Counted from the first letter of the stretch, positions 1 through 11,676 are shown. The stretch is DNA of 64,000 nucleotides from Octopus vulgaris (GCA_951406725.2 OX597818.1:116188001-116252000); one strand, 5' to 3'. Notes: generated by a model not told the origin, from the sequence alone. Program-made: numbers and translations.

Positions 1-321
1 TATATATATATATATATATATTTATATATGTACATATGTATTTTGTATACTTAGATATATAGACTATTTTGCTGATTAATTTTCAGAGTAAATTCAATTA
101 GGTTTGGTATCTTCTCAGTAAATCACAAATCTGTTTACATTAATTAGTTATGAACAGGTTCAGTTAGAAGTACTGAAACAAATTTAATTCTATAAGCTAA
201 TCACAGAATGATAAAATACAACACAAATGACTTCTTAAAGTAATCGATACTCTGTTCTGTCTGTGGAAGCCGTAGTTCTTACAAACAAGCTGACACGAAT
301 ATAATATATATATGCATCTTC

Positions 322-371
<50 letters not shown>

Positions 372-504
372 CGTCGGTGCGAATGGTTTGAATGGTATTT
401 TTTATGCAAGCTTAAATCTTATGGCGATCAGCGTGCAAGGACTAAGAAAAATAGTCTAATAACGGGGCATATAAACCCTCGACAGAAAAATAAGGCTTTC
501 CTAT

Positions 505-672
505 CCGCAGTTGAAATTTACAGAAAAAACAAAAGACGAAGACAGGTGCATAAACAACAAGCAGGTGTATTAGTTTGACGCTCGGGAAGGTGAGAAAGTC
601 TTTTACGTTTCGAGCCTATGCTCTTCAACAGAGAGGAACAAGAAGAAATAAATAGAGTATAAAAAACTTGTA
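505..672 (-). mobile_element. Short (TA)n-associated repeat with a hammerhead-like scaffold (CUGUUGA variant at 598-635); probable Penelope-like terminal repeat relic
   Basis: The minus strand reads ctct-CTGTTGA-A-GAGC-atag-GCTC-GAAACGT-A-aaag. Homologous to the elements at 28478, 46120, 57190 and 58637. Confidence 0.65.
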
Positions 673-749
<77 letters not shown>

Positions 750-754
750 TATCA

Positions 755-791
<37 letters not shown>

Positions 792-826
792 CTCTCGCTC
801 TCTCACACTCACATACACACACATAC

Positions 827-885
<59 letters not shown>

Positions 886-1354
886 AATACACACATACAC
901 ACATATACATACCTATTTATCTATCAATCTACGCACACACACACACGTATCTACATCTATATATATATATATTATGCATCCATATCTATGTAACTTTATA
1001 TATCTATATCTATATATTATGCATCTATACCATTGTTACTCACATTATATATATCTACATCAATGCCGCTCACTTTCTCTAGCCTCCTCGCTTTCTATAC
1101 ACACACACTTTTATATCTACCCACATATATAAACATTAGAACACAAGAATTTATTAGTGTTATCTTATTTTCTATTTTCAGCTGAAACATCGATACCATA
1201 GTGTACATCAAAGAAGAATGAATTGGGGAAAAATTAATTATGCTCCGTGTTGTGAGAGATTAAGTTCGATAAATTTTCTTGAGACATGTTGTGCTTATAT
1301 TTCCCATAACTTGTAGAACTCTCAGCTGTAAATCATGAAACTATGAGCGTGAGA

Positions 1355-1991
1355 TTAAGAAATTTACGGCATTTCTTTTTCTGGTCAAGTCACTGAGAAT
1401 CAAAACTCAGCGGATAAACTTTGTTTTCATCATGGAACGCTATGTTCCCACAATGCAGAGCTAGAATTGGTTTGCTCCATTCATGCTGCTGGACATATGT
1501 GTCTTACGTTTGACCAGCTGATATCAAAATGAGAAACTTATCAGTCTTTTGATAATCTTACGAATTTGGGAAAGGCTGTGGTATATCTGTTTTGTTATTC
1601 ACGAAGGTATTTCGGTAGACGGACAATTCATCGACAAACAGTTGGCCGATAGACAATTCGCCGACAGACAACTTAAGAAATTTACGGCATTTCTTTTTCT
1701 GGTCAAGTCACTGAGAATCAAATCTCTGCGGATAAACTTTGTTCTCATCATGGAACGCTATGTTCCCACAATGCAGAGTTAGAATTGGTTTGCTCCATTC
1801 ATGCTGCTGGACATATGTGTCTTACGTTTGACCAGCTGATATCAAAATGAGAAACTTATCAGTCTTTTGATAATCTTACGAATTCGGGAAAGGCTGTGGT
1901 ATATCTGTTTTTGTTATTCACGAAGGTATTTCGGTAGACGGACAATTCATCGACAAACAGTTGGCCGATAGACAATTCGCCGACAGACAAC
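1355..1991. repeat. Tandem duplication of about 318 bp (1355-1672, 1673-1991)
   Basis: Near-identical copies both begin ttaagaaatttacggcatttc and end gccgacagacaac. Confidence 0.92.
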
Positions 1992-2212
1992 TTACAGACA
2001 GGACAATTGTGTAGTATAGTGCAGAGTCCTGTTGCAAGACATAGGATGTTCCAGCAGCCACCCTCTTGACCCAGGGCAGCACAACCTCCTCCATGTACTT
2101 GATGTAGGCCTCTGTGTTGAGTCTGAGGCCGTGTGGGAATTGTCTGGCGGCGAATTGTCTGGCGGCGAATTGTCTGGCGGCGAATTGTCTGTCACCGAAT
2201 TGTCTGCACACG
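1933..2212. mobile_element. Non-autonomous DNA transposon with inverted arrays of a 15-bp repeat and an 8-bp TSD (MULE/foldback-like), carrying a transposase fragment
   Basis: ggtatttc occurs at 1925-1932 and 2213-2220. The left end has agacaattcgccgac-type units and the right end has inverted ggcggcgaattgtct units. Internal 2000-2137 (minus) reads FPHGLRLNTEAYIKYMEEVVLPWVKRVAAGTSYVLQQDSA. Confidence 0.75.
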
Positions 2213-2771
2213 GGTATTTCAGAGTTGAAGATACGGGCTTTTGAAGTTGTCTTCAGTTACATCGATGCAACATTTCCTTCGAGTTCCTGCTCCATATAAC
2301 ACGTTTTATTTATCTCTTATATTATTGCTTTTCTTACCTCTGCTTTTATTATGCAGTTCTATTTGGCGTGCGTGATATTTTCTGAGTAACCCTTAAAGTT
2401 ACCCCATTATTATACTTATTTTTTGTACAAATGTATCTCATCCTAACGTTGGTTTTATTGAACAAAATCTAATGGTCCAATAGCTTCAAGGAGAATACTT
2501 TCTGTTTAGGAAAACCTAATTTCTAGAGTTACTTGCTTATATTTCTTAACAAATGAAAGGAGAAAATCGGATGATATTGCATAATTTAACTTTTCTATCA
2601 TGTTTGTTGTTGTGGTGTTAACAATAGATGCAATATTACTTGCTCTAGAATAAAAATAATTCCGAGTTTCCTAATGGATTATTTTTTAATAAAATTCAGC
2701 CTTATATAAAGTTTCCTTATCATTAGGTATATTATATATTTTCTGCTTATATTGTTAACTTTATCATATAT

Positions 2772-3143
2772 TAAGGCACATGCATCACAACCATATGTAC
2801 GCGACATGGTGATCTCATATCAAGATAAATAGCACATGACTTTGCATGTGGGGGGGGGGGGCAGTTAGAATTTTCTTCAGGTTGAGTAGCCCATCCCGCT
2901 CAAAAGGTCCCTGAATAAGGGTTGTTTAAGGATGTTGAAAGAACCACCCATGTTTCCAGAGGTGAATTATTCAAACCCCAAAAAATCCCTCTCAACACAT
3001 GGCTATGATGCTCCCCCACTACTTCTGCTCGTGATCAGAAATGCACATATCGTCAGCCACTAAGGGACATGGTCAACTGGTTAAGGTCAAACAACTGACA
3101 AGCAAATCTGTGGTATTAAGCAGAATATTTGCTGTAGCCCATC

Positions 3144-3144
<1 letters not shown>
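2772..3144 (+). mobile_element. Unclassified interspersed-repeat-like segment ending in (ATT)n
   Basis: A GC-richer block abutting an (ATT)n tract. No protein motif recognised and no second copy in the window. Confidence 0.25.
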
Positions 3145-3199
<55 letters not shown>

Positions 3200-3269
3200 G
3201 TTATTATTATCATCATCATCATCATTATTATTATTACTATTACTATCATCATCATTATCATCATCATCA

Positions 3270-3320
<51 letters not shown>

Positions 3321-3435
3321 GTAGTAGTAGTAGTAGCAGTAGTAGCTGTATTAGTAGTAGTAGTTGAAATAGTAGTAGTAGCAGTTGAAATAGTAGTAGT
3401 AGTAGTAGTTGAAATAGTAGTAGTAGTAGTTGAAA

Positions 3436-3476
<41 letters not shown>

Positions 3477-3477
3477 C

Positions 3478-3520
<43 letters not shown>

Positions 3521-3526
3521 TGTAGT
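3145..3526. repeat. Compound microsatellite (ATT/ATC)n-(AGT)n
   Basis: Direct reading. Confidence 0.95.
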
Positions 3527-4515
3527 ACGTCAAAAGGAAATGTTAAAAAAAAAACAGAAATTAGTTTTTGATTTAAAGAAGAAAAAGCAGAGATACCATA
3601 AAACAAAAATCATTCATTTTTGACGCTTTTATTAGCTTGGACAGCGATGTTTATTAAATTTTTTTCCCCCTTCCAATCTCGTGTTTTATCATATTCTGAT
3701 TTTGTTGACTTGGTGCGCAAATCCATTTTTGTAAAACAATCTTAATTACATCTTAAAGCATCCGCTTCTTACAGGTTCTCTTCAGTAACACATTTACAGA
3801 ATACCGATTTTGCTATTATCTTTGTACGTCTCTTTAGCTCTTGTTACACTTTTTTCTCTCAGTCTCGCCCTCATTCTGTCTTTCTTCACATATATTTTAA
3901 CACACTCTCTCTCCTTCTCTCTCTCTCTCTTTGTTTCTTTCTCTCTTATTTGAAACAAACTACTCTTTACACGGTTGCACAATCAAAAATCTCTCAAGAG
4001 CTAACTCTTCCCGGAGGCCATGATATAAACAATCATGATATTTGAAGTGTAATGAAATTTTTGTTTGAATTCTATTTGATTGCTACTGATGAAAAAACTC
4101 TACCCGTCTTACCTTTTGTCTTTGGTGTCTTGTTTTTCCTCAAAGGAATCTATTTTTGAAATGATTTTCTTTAAAAGACGATCTTAAACGATGTGTAAGC
4201 GCCACAGATGGGTAAGAGGAGACGATTTCACAATATTATGGGGTATTTATTTAGAAATGTTCCAAGTAGTTTTAAGTGGGCACCAAACATTGGTTCGGTT
4301 CGTGGCTGCAGGCAAAAGATATACAGTAAAAATTGATAAGAAAGACTTTTGCTTACGGAATATCTTCAGATCTTTATATGAATCAGAAGTATTTACTTGC
4401 CAAGTTAGTAGGGCTATTGATATGCTGGAAAGAACATTCTAATTTTCCTCAAAATATACCCTACTGCTTCAAAAGAGGAAGGAAATACTGAATAATGGAA
4501 TAATTATTTCGAATT

Positions 4516-4940
4516 TTTGCCACAAGCGCAGCTTGGGGGAGGTGGGGATGAATCGATTAGATCGACCCCAGTGTTCAACAGGTACTTATTTTTTCGACCC
4601 CGGAAGGATGAAAGGCAAAGTCAACCTCGGCGGAATCTGAACTCAGAACATAAAGACAGACGAAATTACGCTAAGCATTTCGCCCGGTGTGCTAACGTTG
4701 CTGCCAGCTTGCCGCCTTAACCAGAATAAATATTCTTTTCTACACTAAGCACAAGGCCCGAAATTTTTTGGAGAGAGAGCCAGCCGATTAGATCGACTCC
4801 AGTACGCAACTGGTACTTAATTTATCGATCTTGAAAAGATGAAAGGCAAAGTCGACCTCGGTGGAATTTGTACCCAGAACGTAACGGCAGACGAAATACG
4901 GCTACGCATTTCGCCCGGCGTGCTAACGATTCAGCCAGCT
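4516..4940 (-). mobile_element. Two tandem family-A SINEs (tRNA head, Nin/Deu-like central domain)
   Basis: In sense orientation: head ggcggcaagctggcag, B-box-like gagttcagattcc, core gactttgcctttcatcctt..ggggtcga...aagtacc. Confidence 0.85.
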
Positions 4941-4955
4941 ATGATAATAATAATG

Positions 4956-5056
<101 letters not shown>

Positions 5057-5473
5057 GTGTGTAATTTTTCCGAATAGTTTTTTTCCCTTTTTGTCATCGC
5101 TCCAATAGCTTTACAAATTTATGAAACATCCCTCGTGATTTAAACTACGACAGTCTAAATTTAAAAAAAGCAAATTCTTTCATTTCCTCCCTTAGGAGTT
5201 ATCGTTTTCTTCGCTGTTACACTGGCATCTGTATCCTTACTGTCATCACTAGCACGAGCATATCATCTCACCCTAATCGTAACCATAACCAGAATGATCA
5301 GTTCTACGATTCGATCTCTTCGCAATTTTAAGCTACGCTACAAATAGCAAGAAATTTGGCTGAAATGACACGAAACTGCCTTAAAACCAAGCTCTGTAGC
5401 AGTGGTTCTCAGACTGAAATATCAAGATCCTTGCCCCATCTCCTTATTAAAATTATTAGTGGAAGTCTTGCCC

Positions 5474-5576
5474 TTCTTCTTCTTCTTCTTCTTCTTCTTC
5501 TTCTTCTTCTTCTTCTTCTTCTTCTTCTTCTTCTTCTTCTTCTTCTTCTTCTTCTTCTTCTTCTTCTTCTTCTTCT

Positions 5577-5614
<38 letters not shown>

Positions 5615-5640
5615 GTTATCATTGCTATTATTATTATTAT
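5474..5640. repeat. (CTT)n followed by (ATT)n
   Basis: Direct reading. Confidence 0.95.
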
Positions 5641-5945
5641 TCAGTAGTTTTATTTTTATAGCGTGCTTTCACTTCACTACCGAGCACAGCTCTGTGTGCC
5701 TTGGGTATGTGCTGTGATTTGTTGTGATGCTCTGATGGTTATTATATGGAAAGTGTTCTGCGTAGGATGTGTGCAGTGCCTAGTAGTGCAATTTTCTGTA
5801 TGTTATATGTGTTTGTAAGTCCTGGTGTTTTTGTTATGTATTTGTCTGAATATTTTTTTATCATGCCTAATGCACCTACTATGATAGGAATTGTTTCTGT
5901 TTTCAGATTCCACATTCTAGTTACCTCTATTTCCAGGTCTTTGTA
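5641..5945 (-). mobile_element. R4/Dong-clade non-LTR element 3' end (restriction-like endonuclease C-terminus and 3' UTR)
   Basis: The minus strand reads YKDLEIEVTRMWNLKTETIPIIVGALGMIKK...IQKIALLGTAHILRRTLSI*. (TAA)n lies on both sides. Confidence 0.85.
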
Positions 5946-5952
5946 GCAGGTA

Positions 5953-6028
<76 letters not shown>

Positions 6029-6030
<2 letters not shown>

Positions 6031-6350
6031 TATCTTTGACTTTTGCTTTATGTCTGTACAAGTTGGCTCCAAGTCTCACCCAGAGACCTCAAGAGACAAC
6101 AGGTTGGAAGTTCTGTGCCATATATTTGAGTTTTTTTTTTTGGTGTTGTACTAGTGAATACATAAAAATAAAATTTAAAAAAAAGTTTGTTTTAAACCTT
6201 GGGATTACATAGAGAGTATTTTGCGTTCCCATGAGCAGTTCCCATGAGCACTATCTTTTGAATTTCTGCCATTTTGGGGTTTCCTGGTATCTGAGTTAGG
6301 TAGCAATCAGTCCCTTTCGCTATCATTCCCAGGGCACCTATGGCAACAGA
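6029..6350 (-). mobile_element. Second, different R4/Dong-clade 3' fragment
   Basis: The minus strand reads VAIGALGMIAKGTDCYLTQIPGNPKMAEIQKIVLMGTAH, followed by a 3' UTR unlike that of 5641-5945. (TAA)n lies on both sides. Confidence 0.8.
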
Positions 6351-6418
6351 TTATTATTACTATTTTTATTATTATTATTATTATTACTATTATTATAATT
6401 AATATTATTATTATTATT

Positions 6419-6855
6419 GACCTCTTCAAGTTTCACTTGAAAAGGAAACTGAGAGTAGAGAGGAAAGTGCTATCTTCGAGTGAAAGGTGGGTGAAAGTTG
6501 CGAAAATGGCAAGATTGGATGGTACTTCTCTAAGTGTAAACCTGTGAGTCAAAGATAAGGATTTGGAGAGGGCACTTGTTCTTAGGGCTTCAGCGAAATC
6601 TCGGATAGTGGGGTTCCTCGATTATCCCTAGAGGCGTTCCTGTGTCAGGAGGGCCACTTCTCTATCATCCTTTGCGCCATTTTTAAGAATTTACCCTTGT
6701 ATGCTATGCATATATCTCTTCTTTTTCAGTGTATACCCTGTATATTTACATAATTTTTTTATCATTTCGCTATATGTAAACCCCCATACTTTATGTCTGT
6801 CTCTGTATTGTCCCCACCCCATTCTTCGTCCTCGTGGCAAATAAATGAAATCATT
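6419..6855 (+). mobile_element. LINE 3' end, probably L1/Tx1-like (ORF C-terminus and 3' UTR)
   Basis: Reads LFKFHLKRKLRVERKVLSSSERWVKVAKMARLDGTSLSVNL*, then a pyrimidine-rich UTR ending gtggcaaataaatgaaatcatt. Preceded by (ATT)n. The clade assignment is tentative. Confidence 0.55.
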
Positions 6856-6856
6856 T

Positions 6857-9539
6857 GTTGCTGTGTATGTTAAGTCTGAGCACAAACCGTCCTGCGGTCT
6901 TCTACCCACAAATGCTCAACCTACAACAAAATTCGATGCCGTCTATTGCAAGCTGAGCCTATCTGAGTTTTGACTGCCCGTGTTGGCTGTCTACAGGCCG
7001 CCTCTTGCCGACCCCCAGGACGATGCTCATCTACTCGAAGCGATAAGATTCGTTTCAGCTTCGCATGACTGCTTGGTACTAGGCGACTTCAACGCTCCCA
7101 CGATCGATTGGCCCGCATCAATTTGTACAACATCTTCCCGGTTCGGCCAGGCCCTTCTTGACGTGGCTGAAGATTGTTTTCTATCGCAACATGTTGAATA
7201 TCCGACAAGGCATCGGTCTGGGCAGCAGCCATCTATGCTAGATCTGGTATTCTCCCGCTATCCAAGATCAGTGTCAGACGTATCTGTGTGCGCCCCTCTT
7301 GCCAAGAGTGATCATGCGGTCCTGAAGTTCGTCATGCACACAACTTTTTCTACGCCCACGATTACTTCGCTGCCACGTAGAGTCTTCTCTGCAATTAATC
7401 TTGAAATTCTAACCGAGGCTTCCGCGCTTCTGGACTGGCGATCCCTGATGACGTTGTCCTCAGTTGACGAACTATGGTCATCCCTCAAAGCATATGTAAT
7501 CTGTTTGACTGACCAGGCAGTTCCCGTTGGGCTTCCCAAGAGGAAGAAACACAAGCCCTGGGTGACGAAGAAGGTTAAACGAGAACGTCGACTCAGAGAT
7601 ATTGCTTGGGCTGAATTCAAAAATCTGGATTCGACTGCAGCTTTTGAGGTGTACAAAACTCAACGAGACCGAGCTGTGAAAATTGAAAAGAAAGAACGCT
7701 TCAGTTATGAATACAAAATCGCGGCAAATGCCAGTAGCAATCCAAAAATCTTCTTTGCCCATGTCCAGCGGAATTCCCGCTTGAACAACAACCAGATTGC
7801 AACGTTGGTAGACTCAACAGGCGTATCGATTGAGGACCCTTATCAACAGAGTCAATTATTTGCCGAGGCTTTTTCAACTATTTTCAAACAAGATGATGGT
7901 CGTGAACCCCCTCCATTTGATAGATCGGTACCTCCAATGCTTCGATTGGTCATCACGCGGGACGAAGTCAAACGTGTTATTCAAGGCCTTGATGTCAACA
8001 AGGGTCACGGCCCTGACAGCATACACCCACGGGTTATCAAAGCGTTGGCTCCGGTCATCTGCGAGCCCTTAACACGACTATTCAATATGTCATTGGCGAC
8101 GGGTGTTATACCTGCAGACTGGAGAACAGCGATAATCTGCCCAATTTTCAAGAAAGGGAGCCGCGAAGACCCGCTTAACTACCGACCGGTTTCCCTTACA
8201 TCAATAATCAGCAAGATGTTCGAAACCATCCTTAAGAAAAGTATGATGCTCCACCTCCTAAACACAACCTCGATCACTGATTCCCAACACGGCTTCGTGC
8301 CGAAGAGATCATGCTTGACCAACTTACTAGTAATGGAAGAATTGGTGACGCGCATCCTCGATGATAGTGATGCTGTCGACATCGTTTTATTGGACTTTGC
8401 CAAAGCTTTTGACTCGGTAAACCACCGCCTACTACTTGTCAAGCTTCAAGCATATAGTTTCCATCCGGATATTGTACGATGGGTTGGTGCCTTCCTCTCA
8501 GATCGCTCCTTCCAAGTTCAAGTTAATGGTTTGCGGTCCGACGTCTCCAGTGCGAGCAGTGGCGTGCCTCAAGGTTCAGTGCTTGGGCCCTTGTTGTTCT
8601 TAGTCTTCATAAATGACTTGCCCGACGACCTCACGCAACACACCCTTCTATTTGCCGACGATATCAAACTGGTCGCTCCTCGCGGTAGTATAGAGGATCT
8701 TCGTCGATGCCTCCACCAAATTTGGAAGTGGTCTAACGATTGGGACCTGTGTCTGAACGTGTCAAAGTGCTGTCATCTGCCTGTCGGCTCTACTCCTGCA
8801 ACTCAACTTGATTTCGAGCCGGGTCGTCTGCTGCTGGAGAGGACCGATCAGGTAAAGGACCTGGGTATCTTGGTGGATTCCTCCTTTTCGCCTTCGGCCC
8901 AGTGCGTCCATGCTGCCAACAAAGCGCGCGGAATTCTGTTTTTGATTCGACGGTCATTCGGAATGCTCACAGCAGCCATATTCCTACCACTCTATGTCAC
9001 GCTGGTGAGACCCATATTGGAGTATGGGATTCAAGCCTCTTCTCCTTACCTCCTCAAAGACATACAGCATCTCGAAAGAGTCCAGAGGCTGGCTACCCGC
9101 ATGGTTCATGGTCTCAAAAATTTGTCTTACGAAGAAAGGCTGAGGACGCTCGACCTTTATTCTCTTGAAAAACGCCGCCGCTGTGGTGATCTCATTCTCG
9201 CCCACAACATCATAAGCGGGAAGTGTAACCTCTCGAAAGAGCTGTTCTTCACTCCTGCTCCGGAGCGTCGGCTGCGGGGTCATTCCGAAAAGCTCTACCT
9301 GCGACGATTTCATCTCAATCGAAGGAGAGGAGCTTTCTCCGTTCGGGTTGCGGATCCGTGGAACAAGCTGCCAGACGAGATGGTGAAGATGCCGACGACC
9401 GCTTTGTTCAAAGCCTCTCTGGACCTCAAGTGGCCTGAACTCTTTACATGAACACCACCCTGTACTTAACTCCATGTCCCCCTACATGGCCTTGCTATTT
9501 GCTTTTGAGCCAAATTAACTAACTAACTAACTAACTAAC
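6857..9539 (+). mobile_element. CR1/L2-group non-LTR retrotransposon (LINE), 5'-truncated within the endonuclease domain, young copy
   Basis: The frame starts VAVYVKS at 6857, has one TGA at 6971-6973, then runs open to 9451. The short 3' UTR has a stem-loop ccatgt-ccccct-acatgg (9472-9489) and ends in a (TAAC)6 tail at 9516-9539. Visibly GC-richer than the flanks. Confidence 0.93.
6980..9451 (+). CDS. LINE ORF2 remainder (823 aa): APE-type endonuclease C-terminal half, reverse transcriptase and C-terminal domain; lacks the true N-terminus
   Basis: Endonuclease motifs VYRPP, VLGDFNAP, LDLVFS, SDH. RT motifs GPDSIHP, NYRPVSLTS, QHGF, LDFAKAFDSVNH, GVPQGSVLGPLLF, LFADDIKL, KDLG. CR1-type C-terminus LVRPILEY...LERVQRLATR...SYEERL...WNKLP. 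Confidence 0.92.
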   Translation: MLAVYRPPLADPQDDAHLLEAIRFVSASHDCLVLGDFNAPTIDWPASICTTSSRFGQALLDVAEDCFLSQHVEYPTRHRSGQQPSMLDLVFSRYPRSVSDVSVCAPLAKSDHAVLKFVMHTTFSTPTITSLPRRVFSAINLEILTEASALLDWRSLMTLSSVDELWSSLKAYVICLTDQAVPVGLPKRKKHKPWVTKKVKRERRLRDIAWAEFKNLDSTAAFEVYKTQRDRAVKIEKKERFSYEYKIAANASSNPKIFFAHVQRNSRLNNNQIATLVDSTGVSIEDPYQQSQLFAEAFSTIFKQDDGREPPPFDRSVPPMLRLVITRDEVKRVIQGLDVNKGHGPDSIHPRVIKALAPVICEPLTRLFNMSLATGVIPADWRTAIICPIFKKGSREDPLNYRPVSLTSIISKMFETILKKSMMLHLLNTTSITDSQHGFVPKRSCLTNLLVMEELVTRILDDSDAVDIVLLDFAKAFDSVNHRLLLVKLQAYSFHPDIVRWVGAFLSDRSFQVQVNGLRSDVSSASSGVPQGSVLGPLLFLVFINDLPDDLTQHTLLFADDIKLVAPRGSIEDLRRCLHQIWKWSNDWDLCLNVSKCCHLPVGSTPATQLDFEPGRLLLERTDQVKDLGILVDSSFSPSAQCVHAANKARGILFLIRRSFGMLTAAIFLPLYVTLVRPILEYGIQASSPYLLKDIQHLERVQRLATRMVHGLKNLSYEERLRTLDLYSLEKRRRCGDLILAHNIISGKCNLSKELFFTPAPERRLRGHSEKLYLRRFHLNRRRGAFSVRVADPWNKLPDEMVKMPTTALFKASLDLKWPELFT

Positions 9540-9556
9540 ATTATTATTACTATCAA

Positions 9557-9927
9557 GGCGGTGCACTAAAAGAATCGTTAGCGCGCCGAGCAAAATGCTT
9601 AGCGGCACTTTGTTAATTTTTACGTTCTGACTTTATATGCCACCGAGGTCGACTCTGCCTGTCATCCTTTCGGTTTCGATAAAATAAAGTACCGGTTGAG
9701 TACTGGGGTTGATGTAATTGGTCAGGCCTCTGCTCCAAAATTTCTGGCCTTGTGCCAAAAATTGAAGCCTTTACTAATCTTTCCACAATAGGCACAAGGC
9801 CTAAAAGTTTGAAGCAGGGACCTGACCGAGTTCATCAGCACTAGTACTGAACTGGTCCTTATTTGATTGGGCCCGAAAAAATGAAGGGCAAAGTTGACCC
9901 CACCAGAATTTAAATTCCAGAACGTAG
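9557..9927. mobile_element. Two diverged family-A SINEs, tail to tail (+ 9557-9770, - 9778-9927)
   Basis: Core gtcgactctgcctgtcatcctttcgg on the plus strand and gaagggcaaagttgacc in the opposite orientation. Confidence 0.75.
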
Positions 9928-10517
9928 ATGAGTTCGCAAGAATGGAGAGAAGAGCAGATGTCACGGGATTTGCAGTTGCATTCGGACATTTCAGGAAGCA
10001 CCCATTTTCCAAGTTTAGGAACCTTTCCATGTTGTTGAAGATGACGATGCAAAATTGTATGGTTTGAACTAAGCTTTATTGCCAATTCTTCAACTGATAA
10101 TGCAGGACTTTCTTCAAGTAATGCCTCAAGGAGCTTATTATCAAACTCAACTGGACGTCCTGTTCGATCTTCATCTTCAAGGCTGAACTCTCCGATTCTG
10201 AATTTTGCAAACCATCTTCTGAAAGTTCTTTCATTCAAGCATTCTTTCCCATAAACTGAGTGTATGTTTCGAGTCGCTCCAAATGCAGAGTTTCTTTATT
10301 TTTTGTACCTCAAATGCTCTTTGGATACTTCCATGTCACAAAGGGTTTTAATCAAAGAAATTTTAATTCTATTATTCTGTAAAATGATATTTAATTAGTT
10401 TAAATGTGCACAAATGAATAAAAATAATTTTTAATTCCATTAGACATTCTAAAATAGTATTAAATTTCATTCAATTTATAAAAGGTAAAATCGGACAGAA
10501 CTTAAGGGATGACCTGA
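9928..10517 (-). mobile_element. Mariner transposon 5' half (TIR and degenerate HTH region)
   Basis: The minus-strand TIR tcaggtcatcccttaagttctgtccgatttt lies next to TA. Translation: ERTFRRWFAKFRIGEFSLEDEDRTGRP...LSVEELA...KLGKWVLPEM (WVPHEL-like). Truncated at a SINE. Confidence 0.85.
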
Positions 10518-10777
10518 TAGATAGATAGATAGATAGATAGATAAATAAATAGATTGATAAATAGATAAATAGACAGATAAATAGATAGGTAGATAGATAA
10601 ATAGATAAATAAATAAATAGATAGATAGACAGACAGATAGAGAGATAAGTAGATAGACAGACAGATAAATAGATAGGTAGATAGATAAATAGATAAATAA
10701 ATAAATAGATAGATAGACAGACAGACAGATAGAGAGATAAGTAGATAGACAGACAGATAAATAGATAGGTAGATAGA
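10516..10777. repeat. (AGAT)n variant array with a higher-order unit of about 92 bp
   Basis: The block gacagatagagagataagtagatagacagacagataaatagataggtagatagat occurs twice. Confidence 0.85.
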
Positions 10778-11192
10778 TTTGCTTGTACTTCCAAGCGCTG
10801 CAATGGACAATGAGACAAGCTGCTGATTAGAAAAATATTCTATTTAGAGACATTATGTAAATTCCAAGAGTGGTTTGAAAACAGCATATTACCAAACAAA
10901 TAAAAACGTAAGAATAAAATTTTCGTTTTTTGTAGTTGTTCATTTAATTTTTGGGGCATATTCATGAAGCTCAACTTGAACTATATTCCAGTTGGCTTGA
11001 AGGCAAATATTTTCAACGAATCAACACTTTAGGACAAAGTGACTATTGTCAGTAACATTTGAAAAGAAAAAAAACACTTGATACAAAATATAAATTTAGT
11101 TGATTGAATTTATTTAAAATATTAATAAACCAGAGAGAATGTGGATTCGGCCGCTAGCACATGCATATATGTGTGTATGCATATATGTATGC

Positions 11193-11255
<63 letters not shown>

Positions 11256-11571
11256 GAGGGCATTATTATACATACATGCCACACGCTAAGAGGGACAAAA
11301 TTAGTCATTTCTACAAAAAATTTTACTAATCCCACCGAATCCCATCGATTCGTCACCTGTTATGATTGTTTTCAAAAGGTTTTTCCTTTTCCTTGACAAA
11401 ATCAAGATCCTGCCCAGTTGAAACCTGATCTTCATGTAGAGACGACCACACTCAACACACTTTACCTCCAAGCACTGCTATAAACAACGGAAGTGAGCGA
11501 GAATGTACTTAGTGAACACATGCGACAAAATTCAAAGTCAGTCTGTACCAAGCGGCTTCACTCTGCGTACT

Positions 11572-11628
<57 letters not shown>

Positions 11629-11676
11629 TCCCTTAATGATGAAATCGTTGGCCGTCTTGCATTACCAACCAATGCA

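Noticed and set aside
7312-9475. Antisense and alternate-frame ORFs overlapping the LINE ORF2
   Set aside because: Shadow ORFs of a GC-rich coding region with no recognisable motifs.
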